Origin: Thermoleophilia bacterium
Lineage (GTDB): Bacteria; Actinomycetota; Thermoleophilia; Gaiellales; JAICJC01
Direction: 5' to 3'
Length of the DNA: 64,000 nt
Assembly: GCA_025934255.1 (NCBI GenBank)
Contig: JAICYJ010000007.1
Coordinates: forward strand, 2,290 to 66,289
Of the stretch, positions 51,837-61,569 are shown piece after piece (position 1 is the stretch's first letter; the number at the start of each line of letters is the position of its first letter). A program made the translations under genes and the position numbers. The notes beneath the pieces were generated by a model. That model saw nothing but the letters and a program-made list of their open reading frames with translations, had not been told where the DNA came from and did not search any database.

Positions 51837-54047
51837 TCACCGGAAGCTGAACGTGAGCCGGTGCGCCGAGCCGTCGGTCAGCTGCACCAGCAGCTGGCGA
51901 CAGCTGCCGTCGAAGGCCCTGCTCGTCCGCCACAGCAGCATCGAGTCGCCACCGCCGTGGTCGCCCGGAACGTTCCAGTCGGCCGCCGTCACGGACGGAT
52001 CGCCGGCCGCCACCGCCGAGCTATCGCCGCATGCGACGGGGCCGACAGCGACGCTTGCGATCACGTTCGCGTGTCCGGCTCCGCCCACCGCGAACCCGAC
52101 CGGGATGGTGCGTCCGGCCTGAGCGGCGTTCGGGCTGCCGCTCGAAAGTGGCGGCTGCCAGCCCAGCCAGGGGAACCGCACTCCGTAGCTGACCGTCGTG
52201 GCGGCGTGGTTTCCGACGGCGTCGGTGGCGCTGACCGCGAAGCTGTGGGTGCCCGGCGTGGTGGTGTCGAGCGCGGCGCCGTCTGCAACCGTGCCGGTGC
52301 AACCGGCGACACCGGACCCGCCGTCGCTGCAGGTGAAGGACGCCTTGCGCGTCTCACCGAGCAGCACCACGCCTCCGTCCAGCGGAGCCGCGATCGTGAT
52401 CTGCGGTGGGCGCCGGTCGACCCGGATGCCGCCGATCGGCCCGGCCGTGGCGCAGTTTCCGGCGCGGTCGCATACCTGTACCGCGCCGGTGGCGGCGTCG
52501 GCCGTCTCGCTCCCCGCCGGCACCGTGGTGGCGAGCGCGAACGCGGCCTGGCCGGCGTTTGCGAGACCGCTGCCGGCGTCGGATGCCGTGCACGAAAGCG
52601 TGACGTTGTCCGCATGCCAGGTACCGTCGTCGGCGGCGCACGTGACCACAGGCGCCGCCCCGTCGGCCGGGGGATCGAACGGTGATGCCAGGCGCACCAC
52701 GTCCCAGCCCGTGCCGAAGCCGATGGCGGTGTCGCCCGCGGCCAGGTCGGGTGCGGTGGTGGCCAGGGCCACGAACCGCGCGTCCGCCGAGATGGCGGCT
52801 GACTGGCTGATCTGGATGGGCGATGCGGACGCCGACACCAGACGGGTCAGCCCGGACACGCGGTCGCGCACGAACACATCCTCGTCCCCGTCCGTGTCGG
52901 CCGGGTCGAGGTTGGTGGCCGAGGACTCGAAGGCCACGTAGCGGCCGTCGGCCGAGATCGCCGCGGCGCTCGAGTTGCCGTTGGCAGCGAGTCCGGCGCT
53001 GTTCACGCTGACCCGCTCGGTGGTGCCGGCGGCCAGGTCGCGCACGTAGACGTCGTTTCCGCCGGTGTCGCCGGCGACCAGCGGCGCGGCCGTGTCGAAG
53101 GCGACCTGCTGGCCGTTCGCCGACAGCCCGCCCGGCTGAAGCGATGAGGGGGTGGCAGCCTGGCCGCCGCCTGCGGTGACGCTCGCGCGCACCGTCGACC
53201 CGGTCACGCGGTCGTGCACGAACACGTCGGCGGCGAGGTTGGTGTCGCCCGCGACCAGGTTCGGCGCCGTGCTGGCGAATGCGACGTAGCGCCCGTCGGC
53301 CGAGAGCGAGGATGCATCGCTGGCCCCGGCCGCCGCCTGGCTGCCGTCGCCGGCCACGCTCACGCGCTCCACGGCGCCGCCGGCGCGCGTCCAGACGAAC
53401 ACGTCGCGGCTGTGGTTGGTGTCGCCGGGGACGAGGTTGGATGCGGCCGACGAGAAGCTGATCGCTCCTCCGTCGGCGCTGATGCCGGATGCGGCTCCGC
53501 CGCTTTGGTCGTTGCCCTGGACGCCCCCGGCCGAGACGCTGACGCGGGTCGTCTGCCCGGTGGCGAGGTCGCGCTCGAACACGTCGGCGACGCCGTTGGT
53601 GTCGCCGGCCACCAGGTTGCTGGCCAGCGAGGTGAAGACGACGAAGCGCCCGTCGGCGCTGATGCGGGCGTTGGAAGAGGTGCCGTTCGCCTGCCCGCCG
53701 GCGCCGAGCGAGACGCGGGTGGTGGTGCCGGTGACGAGGTTTCGCACGAACACGTCACGAACGCCGTTCGTGTCGCCGGCCACCAGGTTGGGCGAGCCCG
53801 AGACGAAGGCGACCAGCGTGCCGTCGGCCGAGACGGAGATCCCATCCTGGGGCGTGGTCTCGTTGGCGGAGACGCCGCCGGTTGTGACCGTGACCAGCGC
53901 GGGCGGCGCGGCCGCGAGCGCGCTGCCGGCGCTCGCCGCCACCAGTGCCACGGCAAGACCACACGTACGCCGACTCGACGCAGTACGCAAGCAGAAACCT
54001 CCTACGAGTGCCACACGTCTCGGACAAGCAACCCCGGTGGGCGCCAC
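51837..54047 (-). CDS. secreted PD40/TolB-like beta-propeller repeat protein with C-terminal Ig-like domains
   Basis: About nine repeats of [IL]SADGR[YF]VAF.S.A.NLV.GDTN...DVFV[RH]D, then Cys-containing Ig-like modules (VTCAADDG..VTLSCTASDAGSG; FTCSDGGSGVAGC). Confidence 0.85.
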   Translation of the reverse strand: MAPTGVACPRRVALVGGFCLRTASSRRTCGLAVALVAASAGSALAAAPPALVTVTTGGVSANETTPQDGISVSADGTLVAFVSGSPNLVAGDTNGVRDVFVRNLVTGTTTRVSLGAGGQANGTSSNARISADGRFVVFTSLASNLVAGDTNGVADVFERDLATGQTTRVSVSAGGVQGNDQSGGAASGISADGGAISFSSAASNLVPGDTNHSRDVFVWTRAGGAVERVSVAGDGSQAAAGASDASSLSADGRYVAFASTAPNLVAGDTNLAADVFVHDRVTGSTVRASVTAGGGQAATPSSLQPGGLSANGQQVAFDTAAPLVAGDTGGNDVYVRDLAAGTTERVSVNSAGLAANGNSSAAAISADGRYVAFESSATNLDPADTDGDEDVFVRDRVSGLTRLVSASASPIQISQSAAISADARFVALATTAPDLAAGDTAIGFGTGWDVVRLASPFDPPADGAAPVVTCAADDGTWHADNVTLSCTASDAGSGLANAGQAAFALATTVPAGSETADAATGAVQVCDRAGNCATAGPIGGIRVDRRPPQITIAAPLDGGVVLLGETRKASFTCSDGGSGVAGCTGTVADGAALDTTTPGTHSFAVSATDAVGNHAATTVSYGVRFPWLGWQPPLSSGSPNAAQAGRTIPVGFAVGGAGHANVIASVAVGPVACGDSSAVAAGDPSVTAADWNVPGDHGGGDSMLLWRTSRAFDGSCRQLLVQLTDGSAHRLTFSFR

Positions 54048-54144
54048 GCGGAAGCCTGCGCGCCCATCCCGCTCAGCATGAGCGGGGAAGGCCGATCGGG
54101 GAACCCCCGAAGCGGGGGTGTTGGTGTCACCCGCCCCGAAAGGG

Positions 54145-55197
54145 CTACTGGGTGAGCTCGACCGTAAAGACGGTGTTGGAGCTGGGGTCGTACGGCCCGG
54201 GCGTGCCCATGCTGGCCGAGCTGTCGAGGTTCACGAACACGCCGTTCACCTGCTTGCCGTCGCTGTTACTGCAGTAGCTCGGGTTCGCGGGGTCGCCGCA
54301 GCTGGTGATTACGAACCAGGCGAAGCCGACCACCGTCATCGGGCTGCTGGTGCCGTTGGGCCACACGCTCTGGCCGGATGGGTTTGTCAGCACCGGTATC
54401 ACGACCAGCTGCGGGCTGTTCGGCTGCAGCAGGGTGTTGGTGCCGTCGGCGTTGAACTGCACGATCTGGTTGACGGTCTGCCAGTCGGTGATGCGGATGT
54501 TCAGGCCCTGCGACGTCGGGCCGCTGTTGTTGCCGGGCTTGGTGCTGAGCGTCTCGCCCACCGAGACCGGGCATACCGGCGTGGTGCCGGCGATCTCGTC
54601 GGAGTAGACGCTCGCGCCGTTGGGCACCGGGCAATCGGTGCTCTGCACGTAGGGAAGGCTGAGCGCGCCGTTGTTGGCGTTGGCGGTGTCCTTGGTGTAG
54701 ATCGCGTATGGCTGGTTCGGCACGTAGCTGGCCTTGAGGACGCCCCAGGGCATCACGTTGATGCCGTTGACGGTGGTGAACGACTCGATCGTGGCGCGGG
54801 CCGCTCCCTTCACGGTCACCGAGTGGACGCCGAACAGGCTGGTGAACCAGGTCGGGACGGCGCGCGACGCGCTGACCGTGACCGAGTCGTTGGCGGTGAG
54901 GTTGGTGGTATTGGACACGCCGACGGTGTCCCCGGCGACGCCGTTCTTCGCGTACTGGGACTGGGCGGTGCTACCGGCCGACGCCTGCCCGGCCGGGATC
55001 TGGCTGGCCCCGGCCAGCGCCGAGGCGTCAGCCGCGCTCTGCACCTGGTTCTTGTTCAGCGCCCAGAAGCCGTAGTCGATCGCAAACCCGGCCACGCCCA
55101 GCAGGCCCATCATCATGACGGTAATCAGGACCAGCGTTTGGCCGGCCTCCCGGCCGTGGCCTGCGTGGTCGATGCGAGGATGCATGAATCGCGGCAA
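54145..55197 (-). CDS. TadG/TadE-like (Tad_N, pilus-assembly-related) protein
   Basis: N-terminus GQTLVLITVMMMGLLGVAGFAIDYGFWALNKNQVQSAADASALAGA is the characteristic TadE/G-like prepilin-like segment. No flp/cpa/tad genes are nearby. Confidence 0.75.
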   Translation of the reverse strand: MPRFMHPRIDHAGHGREAGQTLVLITVMMMGLLGVAGFAIDYGFWALNKNQVQSAADASALAGASQIPAGQASAGSTAQSQYAKNGVAGDTVGVSNTTNLTANDSVTVSASRAVPTWFTSLFGVHSVTVKGAARATIESFTTVNGINVMPWGVLKASYVPNQPYAIYTKDTANANNGALSLPYVQSTDCPVPNGASVYSDEIAGTTPVCPVSVGETLSTKPGNNSGPTSQGLNIRITDWQTVNQIVQFNADGTNTLLQPNSPQLVVIPVLTNPSGQSVWPNGTSSPMTVVGFAWFVITSCGDPANPSYCSNSDGKQVNGVFVNLDSSASMGTPGPYDPSSNTVFTVELTQ

Positions 55198-55563
55198 AGA
55201 AAGAAGACCCCTGCTCTACATCGGCATCCCCTGCGAAGAACTTGACACCTTGACGCGGCCACAGCTGCCGTTGCACCGCCGTGACGGCGATGTTGGCTGC
55301 GAAACTCCCCGTTTCCGCACGCCACGGTCACGTTCGGTGACGCGCTTGCCAGAGACCTGCAACGCACCCCGAAGCGGCCTCAGAGGCCGGTTCGGGCGCG
55401 ATCTGCGCAACCACGCGGATCCCCTGTCACAGCAGCCGCGACGCGCGTCACGGCGCGGTCACGAACCTGTGGCGGGGGCGGGGGCGGTGTTTGACTCCAA
55501 TCTGGGCGCGGGCGGCGGTGCGGCCCGTGACCACCTCGTGACAGAGGTGTCAGCGGCGGTCGG

Positions 55564-55983
55564 TCATCGCGGCCGTGCCTGCTGGTAGCGCGGCACGCCG
55601 TCGTCGGGAATCGGCTCCCACGGCGCGGCGTAGGCCACGTACTGCCGCCACTCCATCGGCAGCCGGGGATCCTCGTCCAGCGCGCCCAGCCGCACGCTCA
55701 TCAGCTCGTGTCGCTCCGGGTGCCGGCTGAACAGGGCCGATCCGCAGCCCGAGCAGAACAGCTTCTCGAAGCCGCCGTCGCCGGGTGCGTACACCGTCAC
55801 CAGCTCCTGCCCGGACGTCACCCGCAGCGCGCCGGCTGGGATCCGCGCCTGTGGCGACGCGGCCGTGCCGGTACGCCGCTGGCAGCGCGTGCAATGGCAG
55901 TAGCCGGCGTCGAACAGCGGCTCGGTGATCTCGAACCGCACCGACCCGCACAGACAGCCCCCGGTGACCGGCGTTTCTGGCAT
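55564..55983 (-). CDS. GFA-family protein (second copy in window)
   Basis: GGCLCGSVRF, CHCTRCQRRTG and CSGCGS Cys clusters. Start at the internal Met (MPETPVTGGC). Confidence 0.85.
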   Translation of the reverse strand: MPETPVTGGCLCGSVRFEITEPLFDAGYCHCTRCQRRTGTAASPQARIPAGALRVTSGQELVTVYAPGDGGFEKLFCSGCGSALFSRHPERHELMSVRLGALDEDPRLPMEWRQYVAYAAPWEPIPDDGVPRYQQARPR

Positions 55984-56032
55984 CGCTCGCATACGGTACC
56001 GGAGCGCCGATTCGGGGTACCCATACCCAGAC

Positions 56033-56458
56033 ATGCGCAATCGCATCCGCATGATCGCGGTCATTCTGGCCTGCGCCGGCGCGGCCGCATGCGGAGGGGG
56101 CAGCGCCGGTTCCGCCTCCCAGCCGGCCAGCGGGCCGGCGATCCCGCGAGCGATCGCCACCGATCTCGCGGCACGTGCGGACAGCGTCGCCGTCAGCCTC
56201 GATGCACAGCACGGCTGCGCCGCGCTCGATCAGGCCAGGCGGCTGAGCTCGGCCGTCGACGCGGCGATCGCCGCCGGCCGGGTGCCGGCAGCGCTGCAGC
56301 CGCAGCTGCAGGCGACGGCCACGCGGCTGGTCGCCGGCATCCGCTGCACCCCGCCGCCGCCGGCCAAGCCGAAGCCGCCGAAACACGACCACCATCACGG
56401 CGGCAAACACCATGGCCCCTCCAGAACGACCAGGGAGGCGGGGGGTGAGCGCGGTTGA
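56033..56458 (+). CDS. lipoprotein, hypothetical (His-rich C-terminus)
   Basis: MRNRIRMIAVILACAGAAAC lipobox-like signal. C-terminal PPPPAKPKPPKHDHHHGGKHHG. Overlaps the kinase start by 14 nt. Confidence 0.6.
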   Translation: MRNRIRMIAVILACAGAAACGGGSAGSASQPASGPAIPRAIATDLAARADSVAVSLDAQHGCAALDQARRLSSAVDAAIAAGRVPAALQPQLQATATRLVAGIRCTPPPPAKPKPPKHDHHHGGKHHGPSRTTREAGGERG

Positions 56459-57503
56459 CACCGACCTCGGCCGCTACCGGCTCGACCGCGCGCTGGGAAG
56501 CGGCGGCATGGCGATCGTGTACCTGGCTCACGACCGCGAGCTCGACCGGGTCGTCGCCGTCAAGCGGCTCGCCGACAACCTGTCCCACGATCGCTCGTTC
56601 CGGGATCGCTTTCTGCGCGAGGCGCAGCTGGCAGCGCCGCTCAGCCATCCCAACGTGGTGCGGGTCTACGACTTCGGACACGATGGCGACGGTCGGCCGT
56701 TCATCGTGATGGAGTACGTCGAGGGCGGGTCGCTGGCCGAGGCGCTTGCCCGCGACGGCGCGCTCAGCCCGGCCCGGGTGGTCGCCGTCGCCCGCGACTG
56801 CTGCGCCGGCCTCGCCTGCGCGCACGCGGCCGGCCTCGTGCACCGTGATCTGAAGCCGCAGAACCTGCTGCTCGACCTGGACGGACGCGTCAAGATCGCC
56901 GACTTCGGCATCGCCCGCACGCTCGACGACGGCACATCGCTCACGCTGACCGGCAGCGTGCTCGGCACGGCCGGCTACCTGGCGCCCGAGCAGGCCGGCG
57001 GCGCGCAGGTGACGGCGGCTGCCGACATCTACGGCCTCGGCGTCACCCTGCACCAGCTGGCGACGGGCACCATGCCGGGACCGGACGCATCCCAGCCGCT
57101 GCCCGACCCGCTTCGCGGCGCCGTCGCCGGCTGCCTCGACCCCGACCCCGCCCGTCGCCCCTCCGCCGAGGCGCTGGCCGCGATGCTGGACGAGCCCGCC
57201 ACCCTGGTCGCGCCGCAGGCCGCCACGGCCGCCACCCTGGTCGCGCCGCCACGCGTTTCGCCGCGCCATCTGACGCCCGCCCGCGGCGTGCGCAACGGGC
57301 GGCTCGCGGCCGTGCTGCTGGCGGTGCTGATCGTCGCCGTGACCGTGATCCTGGCCGCCACCAGCGGCGGGCCGGCGTCGCCGACCCCTGCCGCGCGCCA
57401 CCACCACGCCCGTCAGCGCGCGGTGGCCGCGATCCCGCACGGCGCCACCCCTGCCGCCCAGGCTCGCCTGCTCGCGCGCTGGCTGCGCCAGCACGCAGGC
57501 TGA
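56445..57503 (+). CDS. Hanks-type Ser/Thr protein kinase with C-terminal TM segment
   Basis: GSGGMAIVYLA, VAVKRL, HRDLKPQN, DFGIA and GTAGYLAPE. GTG 56445 is preceded by GGGAGG. TM is LAAVLLAVLIVAVTVILAA. Confidence 0.92.
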   Translation: MSAVDTDLGRYRLDRALGSGGMAIVYLAHDRELDRVVAVKRLADNLSHDRSFRDRFLREAQLAAPLSHPNVVRVYDFGHDGDGRPFIVMEYVEGGSLAEALARDGALSPARVVAVARDCCAGLACAHAAGLVHRDLKPQNLLLDLDGRVKIADFGIARTLDDGTSLTLTGSVLGTAGYLAPEQAGGAQVTAAADIYGLGVTLHQLATGTMPGPDASQPLPDPLRGAVAGCLDPDPARRPSAEALAAMLDEPATLVAPQAATAATLVAPPRVSPRHLTPARGVRNGRLAAVLLAVLIVAVTVILAATSGGPASPTPAARHHHARQRAVAAIPHGATPAAQARLLARWLRQHAG

Positions 57504-57537
57504 GCCGGCTCTCGAGCCGCGTCTATCATCCGGGCGG

Positions 57538-57684
57538 ATGACGCGCAACGACCGCTCCCAGCCACCCGACTCGAAGCCCGACCCGGATCAGCGCCCGGAG
57601 AAGGGCGAGGACGAGCTCGACCAGGCCCTCGAGGAGACGTTCCCGGCCTCCGATCCCGTCTCCGCCGAGGTGCCCGGCCGGTAG
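57538..57684 (+). CDS. small acidic protein (48 aa), hypothetical
   Basis: MTRNDRSQPPDSKPDPDQRPEKGEDELDQALEETFPASDPVSAEVPGR. The ..LDQALEETFPASDP.. ending resembles a recurrent bacterial small-protein motif (from memory). Overlaps the 3' tail of the convergent gene. Confidence 0.45.
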   Translation: MTRNDRSQPPDSKPDPDQRPEKGEDELDQALEETFPASDPVSAEVPGR

Positions 57685-59117
57685 ACGGCCACACCGCGCG
57701 CCCCCAGCAGCCGCGCGCGTCTCGCCCGTGCCGCAGGCAGCGGCCGCGGCGCAACCCGGTCGCGCCCGATCGTGCCGGCCGCGTGTGCGCAGCCCATCAG
57801 CGCCCACGCCGCCCCGCTGACGGAGCTCTGCGTCATCAGGTTCGAGTCGCCGCTGGCCAGGATGTAGGCGACCGCGGCTGCGAACCCGGCCACCGCCGCC
57901 GCCCGCAGCGGCACCGAGCCGCTGCGCCGCGCCCAGCGCATCGCGAACGCGCATCCCACCGCCGCCGAGAGCAGCAGCCAGACGAACGCCAGGAAGCCGA
58001 ACACGCCGGTCTCCACCAGCGCCCGCACGTAGTCGGAGTGGACGTGCGCCGAGGTGTCGGTCTCCTGCACGATCGAGCCCAGCCCCAGCCCGGTCAGCGG
58101 CTTCTGCTCGGCCTTCGGCAGGTTCTGACGCCACAGTTCGACGCGCGTGTGGAACGAGTCACCGGTGCCGTACTGCACCTCCTGCTGCTGATTCACCGAC
58201 TGCACCCGCGAGTGCACCCCGGGCAGCGCCACGAACGCGACCGCGATCGCCAGCGGCACCAGCACCAGCAGCACGCGGTAGCGCGCGATCCCCAGCACCA
58301 GCGCGCCCAGCACCACCATCACCCAGCCGGTGCGCGTGTACGACAGCACCAGCGCCATCCCGCTGATCGCGCCCACGGCCAGCGCCAGCCACCGCCACGG
58401 TCCGCGGGCGGCGAACACCAGCGCCAGCGCCGCCACCGTCACCACCGCCAGGTAGATGCCGTAGGGGTCGGGCTGCAGGAACGTGCCGTTGGCGCGGTTG
58501 AGGTCGCCGATCGCCTGCGTCGAGTTGGTCGCCCACTGGCCGATGCCGACCGCCGCAGGCACCATCGCCGAGGCCACGATCGCCGCCAGCAGCCGCGCCA
58601 CCGCCGCCGGGCTGTTGACCGCCAGGTAGGCCAGCGCGTAGGTGACCAGCACCGCGCACAGGCGCATCCACTCGGTCACGGCCGGGCCGGTCGCAGCCGC
58701 CACGGACACCCCGATCAGCGCGATTCCGGCGAACAGCAGGTAGGGGTAGATCGACGGCGCCCGCCGCAGCAGCCGCCAGCGCTCGATCATGTAGGGCGCG
58801 CCCACCGCGATCACGAGCACGGCGAACACCGAAGCCGGGTTCAGCGCGACCCCGTGGTAGGACGCCAGCGTGCGGTCGGCGAACAGGTCGAGGCTGGGCC
58901 GCACCAGCACCAGCAAGAGCACGCCCGCCTCCAGCCGCCACGCGAACACCAGCGGCACCGCCACCACCAGTCCCGCCGCGAGCAGCAGCTCGGAGCGGCC
59001 GCTCGCAAGCCCGATCCCGTAGCCGGCGACGGCCACCGCCAGCACGGTCGCCCATACCAGCGGGCCGCCGCGAAGCGGTCGCTGCACGATCGGCTGCGGC
59101 AGAGCGACTGCGAGCAC
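57588..59117 (-). CDS. O-antigen ligase/polymerase-like (Wzy/WaaL-type) membrane protein
   Basis: About 12 TMS, SYTRTGWVMVVLGAL block and a large loop with HSDYVRALVETG (O-antigen-ligase-domain-like). The last ~45 codons are low-complexity and may be read-through. Confidence 0.78.
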   Translation of the reverse strand: MLAVALPQPIVQRPLRGGPLVWATVLAVAVAGYGIGLASGRSELLLAAGLVVAVPLVFAWRLEAGVLLLVLVRPSLDLFADRTLASYHGVALNPASVFAVLVIAVGAPYMIERWRLLRRAPSIYPYLLFAGIALIGVSVAAATGPAVTEWMRLCAVLVTYALAYLAVNSPAAVARLLAAIVASAMVPAAVGIGQWATNSTQAIGDLNRANGTFLQPDPYGIYLAVVTVAALALVFAARGPWRWLALAVGAISGMALVLSYTRTGWVMVVLGALVLGIARYRVLLVLVPLAIAVAFVALPGVHSRVQSVNQQQEVQYGTGDSFHTRVELWRQNLPKAEQKPLTGLGLGSIVQETDTSAHVHSDYVRALVETGVFGFLAFVWLLLSAAVGCAFAMRWARRSGSVPLRAAAVAGFAAAVAYILASGDSNLMTQSSVSGAAWALMGCAHAAGTIGRDRVAPRPLPAARARRARLLGARGVAVYRPGTSAETGSEAGNVSSRAWSSSSSPFSGR

Positions 59118-59120
59118 GGA

Positions 59121-60443
59121 TCAGGTGGTGGGCTGCTCGACCGGCCGGGCGGCTGTGGTGGTGGCGCGGCTCAGCAGCGAGGGTCCCGCCGCCTTGCGGC
59201 CGCGGTCAAGGCACACGCGCACGCGTCCGCTGACGACCGCATCCTCGAGCAGCTCGAGCATCGACTCGAGGTCGCTCCAGGTGCTGCCACTGCGGCGCAA
59301 CGAGAGCACCGTGACGGTCGCCACCGCCGTTGACACCAGCCCCGAGGGGTGCTCGAGCAGCGCCGGCGCATCGACCACCACCACCTCGCCCTCGCGCGAG
59401 CCCGCCAGCGCGTCGCGCAGCCGCGGCAGCGACGACAGCACCGCGGTGCCCGCGTCGACCTGCGTCCAGCCGGAGTCGCCGGAGCGGGCGATGCCGCTCT
59501 CCGACAGCCACGTGGTCGGACGGCCCGACCGGGCGAACGAGTCGGCCAGCGTGCGTGACAGCCCGCCGCCGTGGTCGCCCCTGGGTGTGACCACCGTGAT
59601 CACTCCGCCCTTGGCGTCGACGCCGCCCACCTCGGCCAGCGCCCGCAGCGCCTCCACCGAGTCGGGCTTCGAAGGGTCGACCGCGAGCGAGCGAACACCG
59701 GCGGCGCGCAGGTCGCCGGTGCTGCGGATGCGCGGGTCGGCCTGGCCGATCGCAAGCGCGATCGCGATACCGAGGATGATCCCGGCCAGGATCCCGCCGG
59801 CCAGCAGCGCGGCGCCGGGCAACGTCTTCGCGGCGGAGGTGGTGGTGGCGCCGTTGGGGTGGATGCCCTGGGGGAGGTTGTTCGCGGCCGTCTGCAGCCG
59901 CGCCACCGCGGTCGCGTCGCCGCCGTGTGACTGCAGCGTGTTCGCGGCCTGCAGCAGCTGCTTCTTCTCGCTGTTGATGCGCTGGTGGACGAGCGCCTTC
60001 ACGTACGCGTTGAGGCGGGCGGCGACGACGGCCCCGGACGAGCTGTCCGAATAGCTGAGCTGGATGTCGGTGCCGTCAAGCGCCGCGAAGCCGAGGTTGT
60101 CGAGGTACTGGCGGGACGTGGTGCCGTTCTTCAGCGCGGCGGCCGCGGCGGCCGCCACCTGTGGGTCGACGAACTCGTTCTTGGTCAGATCCTGCGCGGA
60201 GTGCACGGCCGTGAACGGCTGTGGCTGGCCCTGGAACTGGTAGGACACGGTCGTGTCTTGAACGTGGACGCGGGCGGTCGCCTTCGCGTCGGAGATGTGG
60301 TGGCCAGACAGCGTCATCGCCGCGACCGCCACCAGCACGGCGCACAGCGGCAACAGCCACCAGCGGCGCACGACATGCGCAGTTGCCCTGCCCAGGGTCA
60401 ATTCCGGTCTCACCTGACTCCTCCCAAACGTCGCCCGCACCAT
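59121..60443 (-). CDS. Wzz/PCP-like chain-length determinant with degenerate BY-kinase-like C-domain
   Basis: TM1 (WWLLPLCAVLVAVAAMTL), helical periplasmic region, TM2 (LLAGGILAGIILGIAIALAI). The C-domain has VVTPRGDHGGGLS in place of Walker A and VVVVDAPAL as a Walker-B-like strand. ATG at 60443. Confidence 0.75.
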   Translation of the reverse strand: MVRATFGRSQVRPELTLGRATAHVVRRWWLLPLCAVLVAVAAMTLSGHHISDAKATARVHVQDTTVSYQFQGQPQPFTAVHSAQDLTKNEFVDPQVAAAAAAALKNGTTSRQYLDNLGFAALDGTDIQLSYSDSSSGAVVAARLNAYVKALVHQRINSEKKQLLQAANTLQSHGGDATAVARLQTAANNLPQGIHPNGATTTSAAKTLPGAALLAGGILAGIILGIAIALAIGQADPRIRSTGDLRAAGVRSLAVDPSKPDSVEALRALAEVGGVDAKGGVITVVTPRGDHGGGLSRTLADSFARSGRPTTWLSESGIARSGDSGWTQVDAGTAVLSSLPRLRDALAGSREGEVVVVDAPALLEHPSGLVSTAVATVTVLSLRRSGSTWSDLESMLELLEDAVVSGRVRVCLDRGRKAAGPSLLSRATTTAARPVEQPTT

Positions 60444-60521
60444 GGTACCGGCGATCTTCGCCCGCGTACATTGATCCTGCGTGAAGGCAGGTGGGGTAGG
60501 CTGGCGGTCGTGGCCGGGTTG

Positions 60522-61535
60522 ATGGAGCGGTTGTCGCGGGGCGTGGTGCTGGGCGCCGAGGGGTACCTGTTCGAGCTGGAGCGACGCGGCTACCTGAAGA
60601 GCGGTCCGTACGTGCCCGAGGTGGTGCTGGATCGGCCGGAGGCGGTGGCGGAGCTTCATCGCGAGTTCCTGCATGCCGGAGCTGAGGTGATGGTCGCGTT
60701 CACCTACTACGGCCACGAGGAGAAGCTGCGCATGATCGGCCGGGAGGGCGACCTCGAGGCGCTCAACCGCCAGGCCGTGCGGCTTGCGGTCGAAGCCGCC
60801 CGCGACGGGGACGCGCTGGTGGCCGGCAACATCTGCAACACCTGGGCGTATGACCCTGCCGAGCCGGCCGCATCCGGTGAGCGGGTGCGGCGCATGTACC
60901 ACGACCAGGTGGCCTGGGCGGTGGAGGAGGGCGCCGACTTCGTCATCGCCGAGACGAACGACTACCTGGGTGAGGCGCTGATCGGCGTCGAGGTGATCAA
61001 GTCGTTCGACGTGGCGGCGGTGGTGACGTTCGCCTCCTCCGAGCAGACCACGATCGATGGCGCCTCCTTCGAGGACGCCTGCGCGCGGGTGGAACAGGCC
61101 GGCGCGGACGTGGTCGGCCTGAACTGCTCAAGCGGTCCCGGCACGATGCTGCCGCTGCTGCAGCGCGTCAGGGATGCAGTCTCCTGCCCGGTCGCCGGAC
61201 AGCCGGTGCCGTACCACACCACCGCCGAGCAGCCCACGTTCCAGTCGCTTCGCGACGCCGATGGCCGGCGCGTGTTTCCGCTGGCGCTCGATCCCTTCGT
61301 CTGCACTCGTTTTGAGATGGCGGAGTTCGCCACCGACGCGCGCGAGCTCGGCGTCGGCTACATCGGCATCTGCTGTGGCGGTGCCCCCCACCATGTGCGG
61401 GCCATGGCCGAGGCGCTGGGCCGCACCGTGCCCGCCAGCCGGTACTCACCCGACCTGTCGCTTCACCCGATCCTGGGCGAGGGCGCCGCCGAAGTGGCCG
61501 AGCGCTACGACAACTGGCGCGACACGGACCGGTAA
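60522..61535 (+). CDS. homocysteine S-methyltransferase (BHMT-like, Zn-dependent)
   Basis: VVLGAEGYLFELERRGY, GLNCSSGP and IGICCGGAPHH (Zn-binding Cys triad). An alternative GTG start lies at 60510. Confidence 0.88.
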   Translation: MERLSRGVVLGAEGYLFELERRGYLKSGPYVPEVVLDRPEAVAELHREFLHAGAEVMVAFTYYGHEEKLRMIGREGDLEALNRQAVRLAVEAARDGDALVAGNICNTWAYDPAEPAASGERVRRMYHDQVAWAVEEGADFVIAETNDYLGEALIGVEVIKSFDVAAVVTFASSEQTTIDGASFEDACARVEQAGADVVGLNCSSGPGTMLPLLQRVRDAVSCPVAGQPVPYHTTAEQPTFQSLRDADGRRVFPLALDPFVCTRFEMAEFATDARELGVGYIGICCGGAPHHVRAMAEALGRTVPASRYSPDLSLHPILGEGAAEVAERYDNWRDTDR

Positions 61536-61569
61536 CCCGCCGGGGGTCGCAGCCCTCAACGACGACGAG

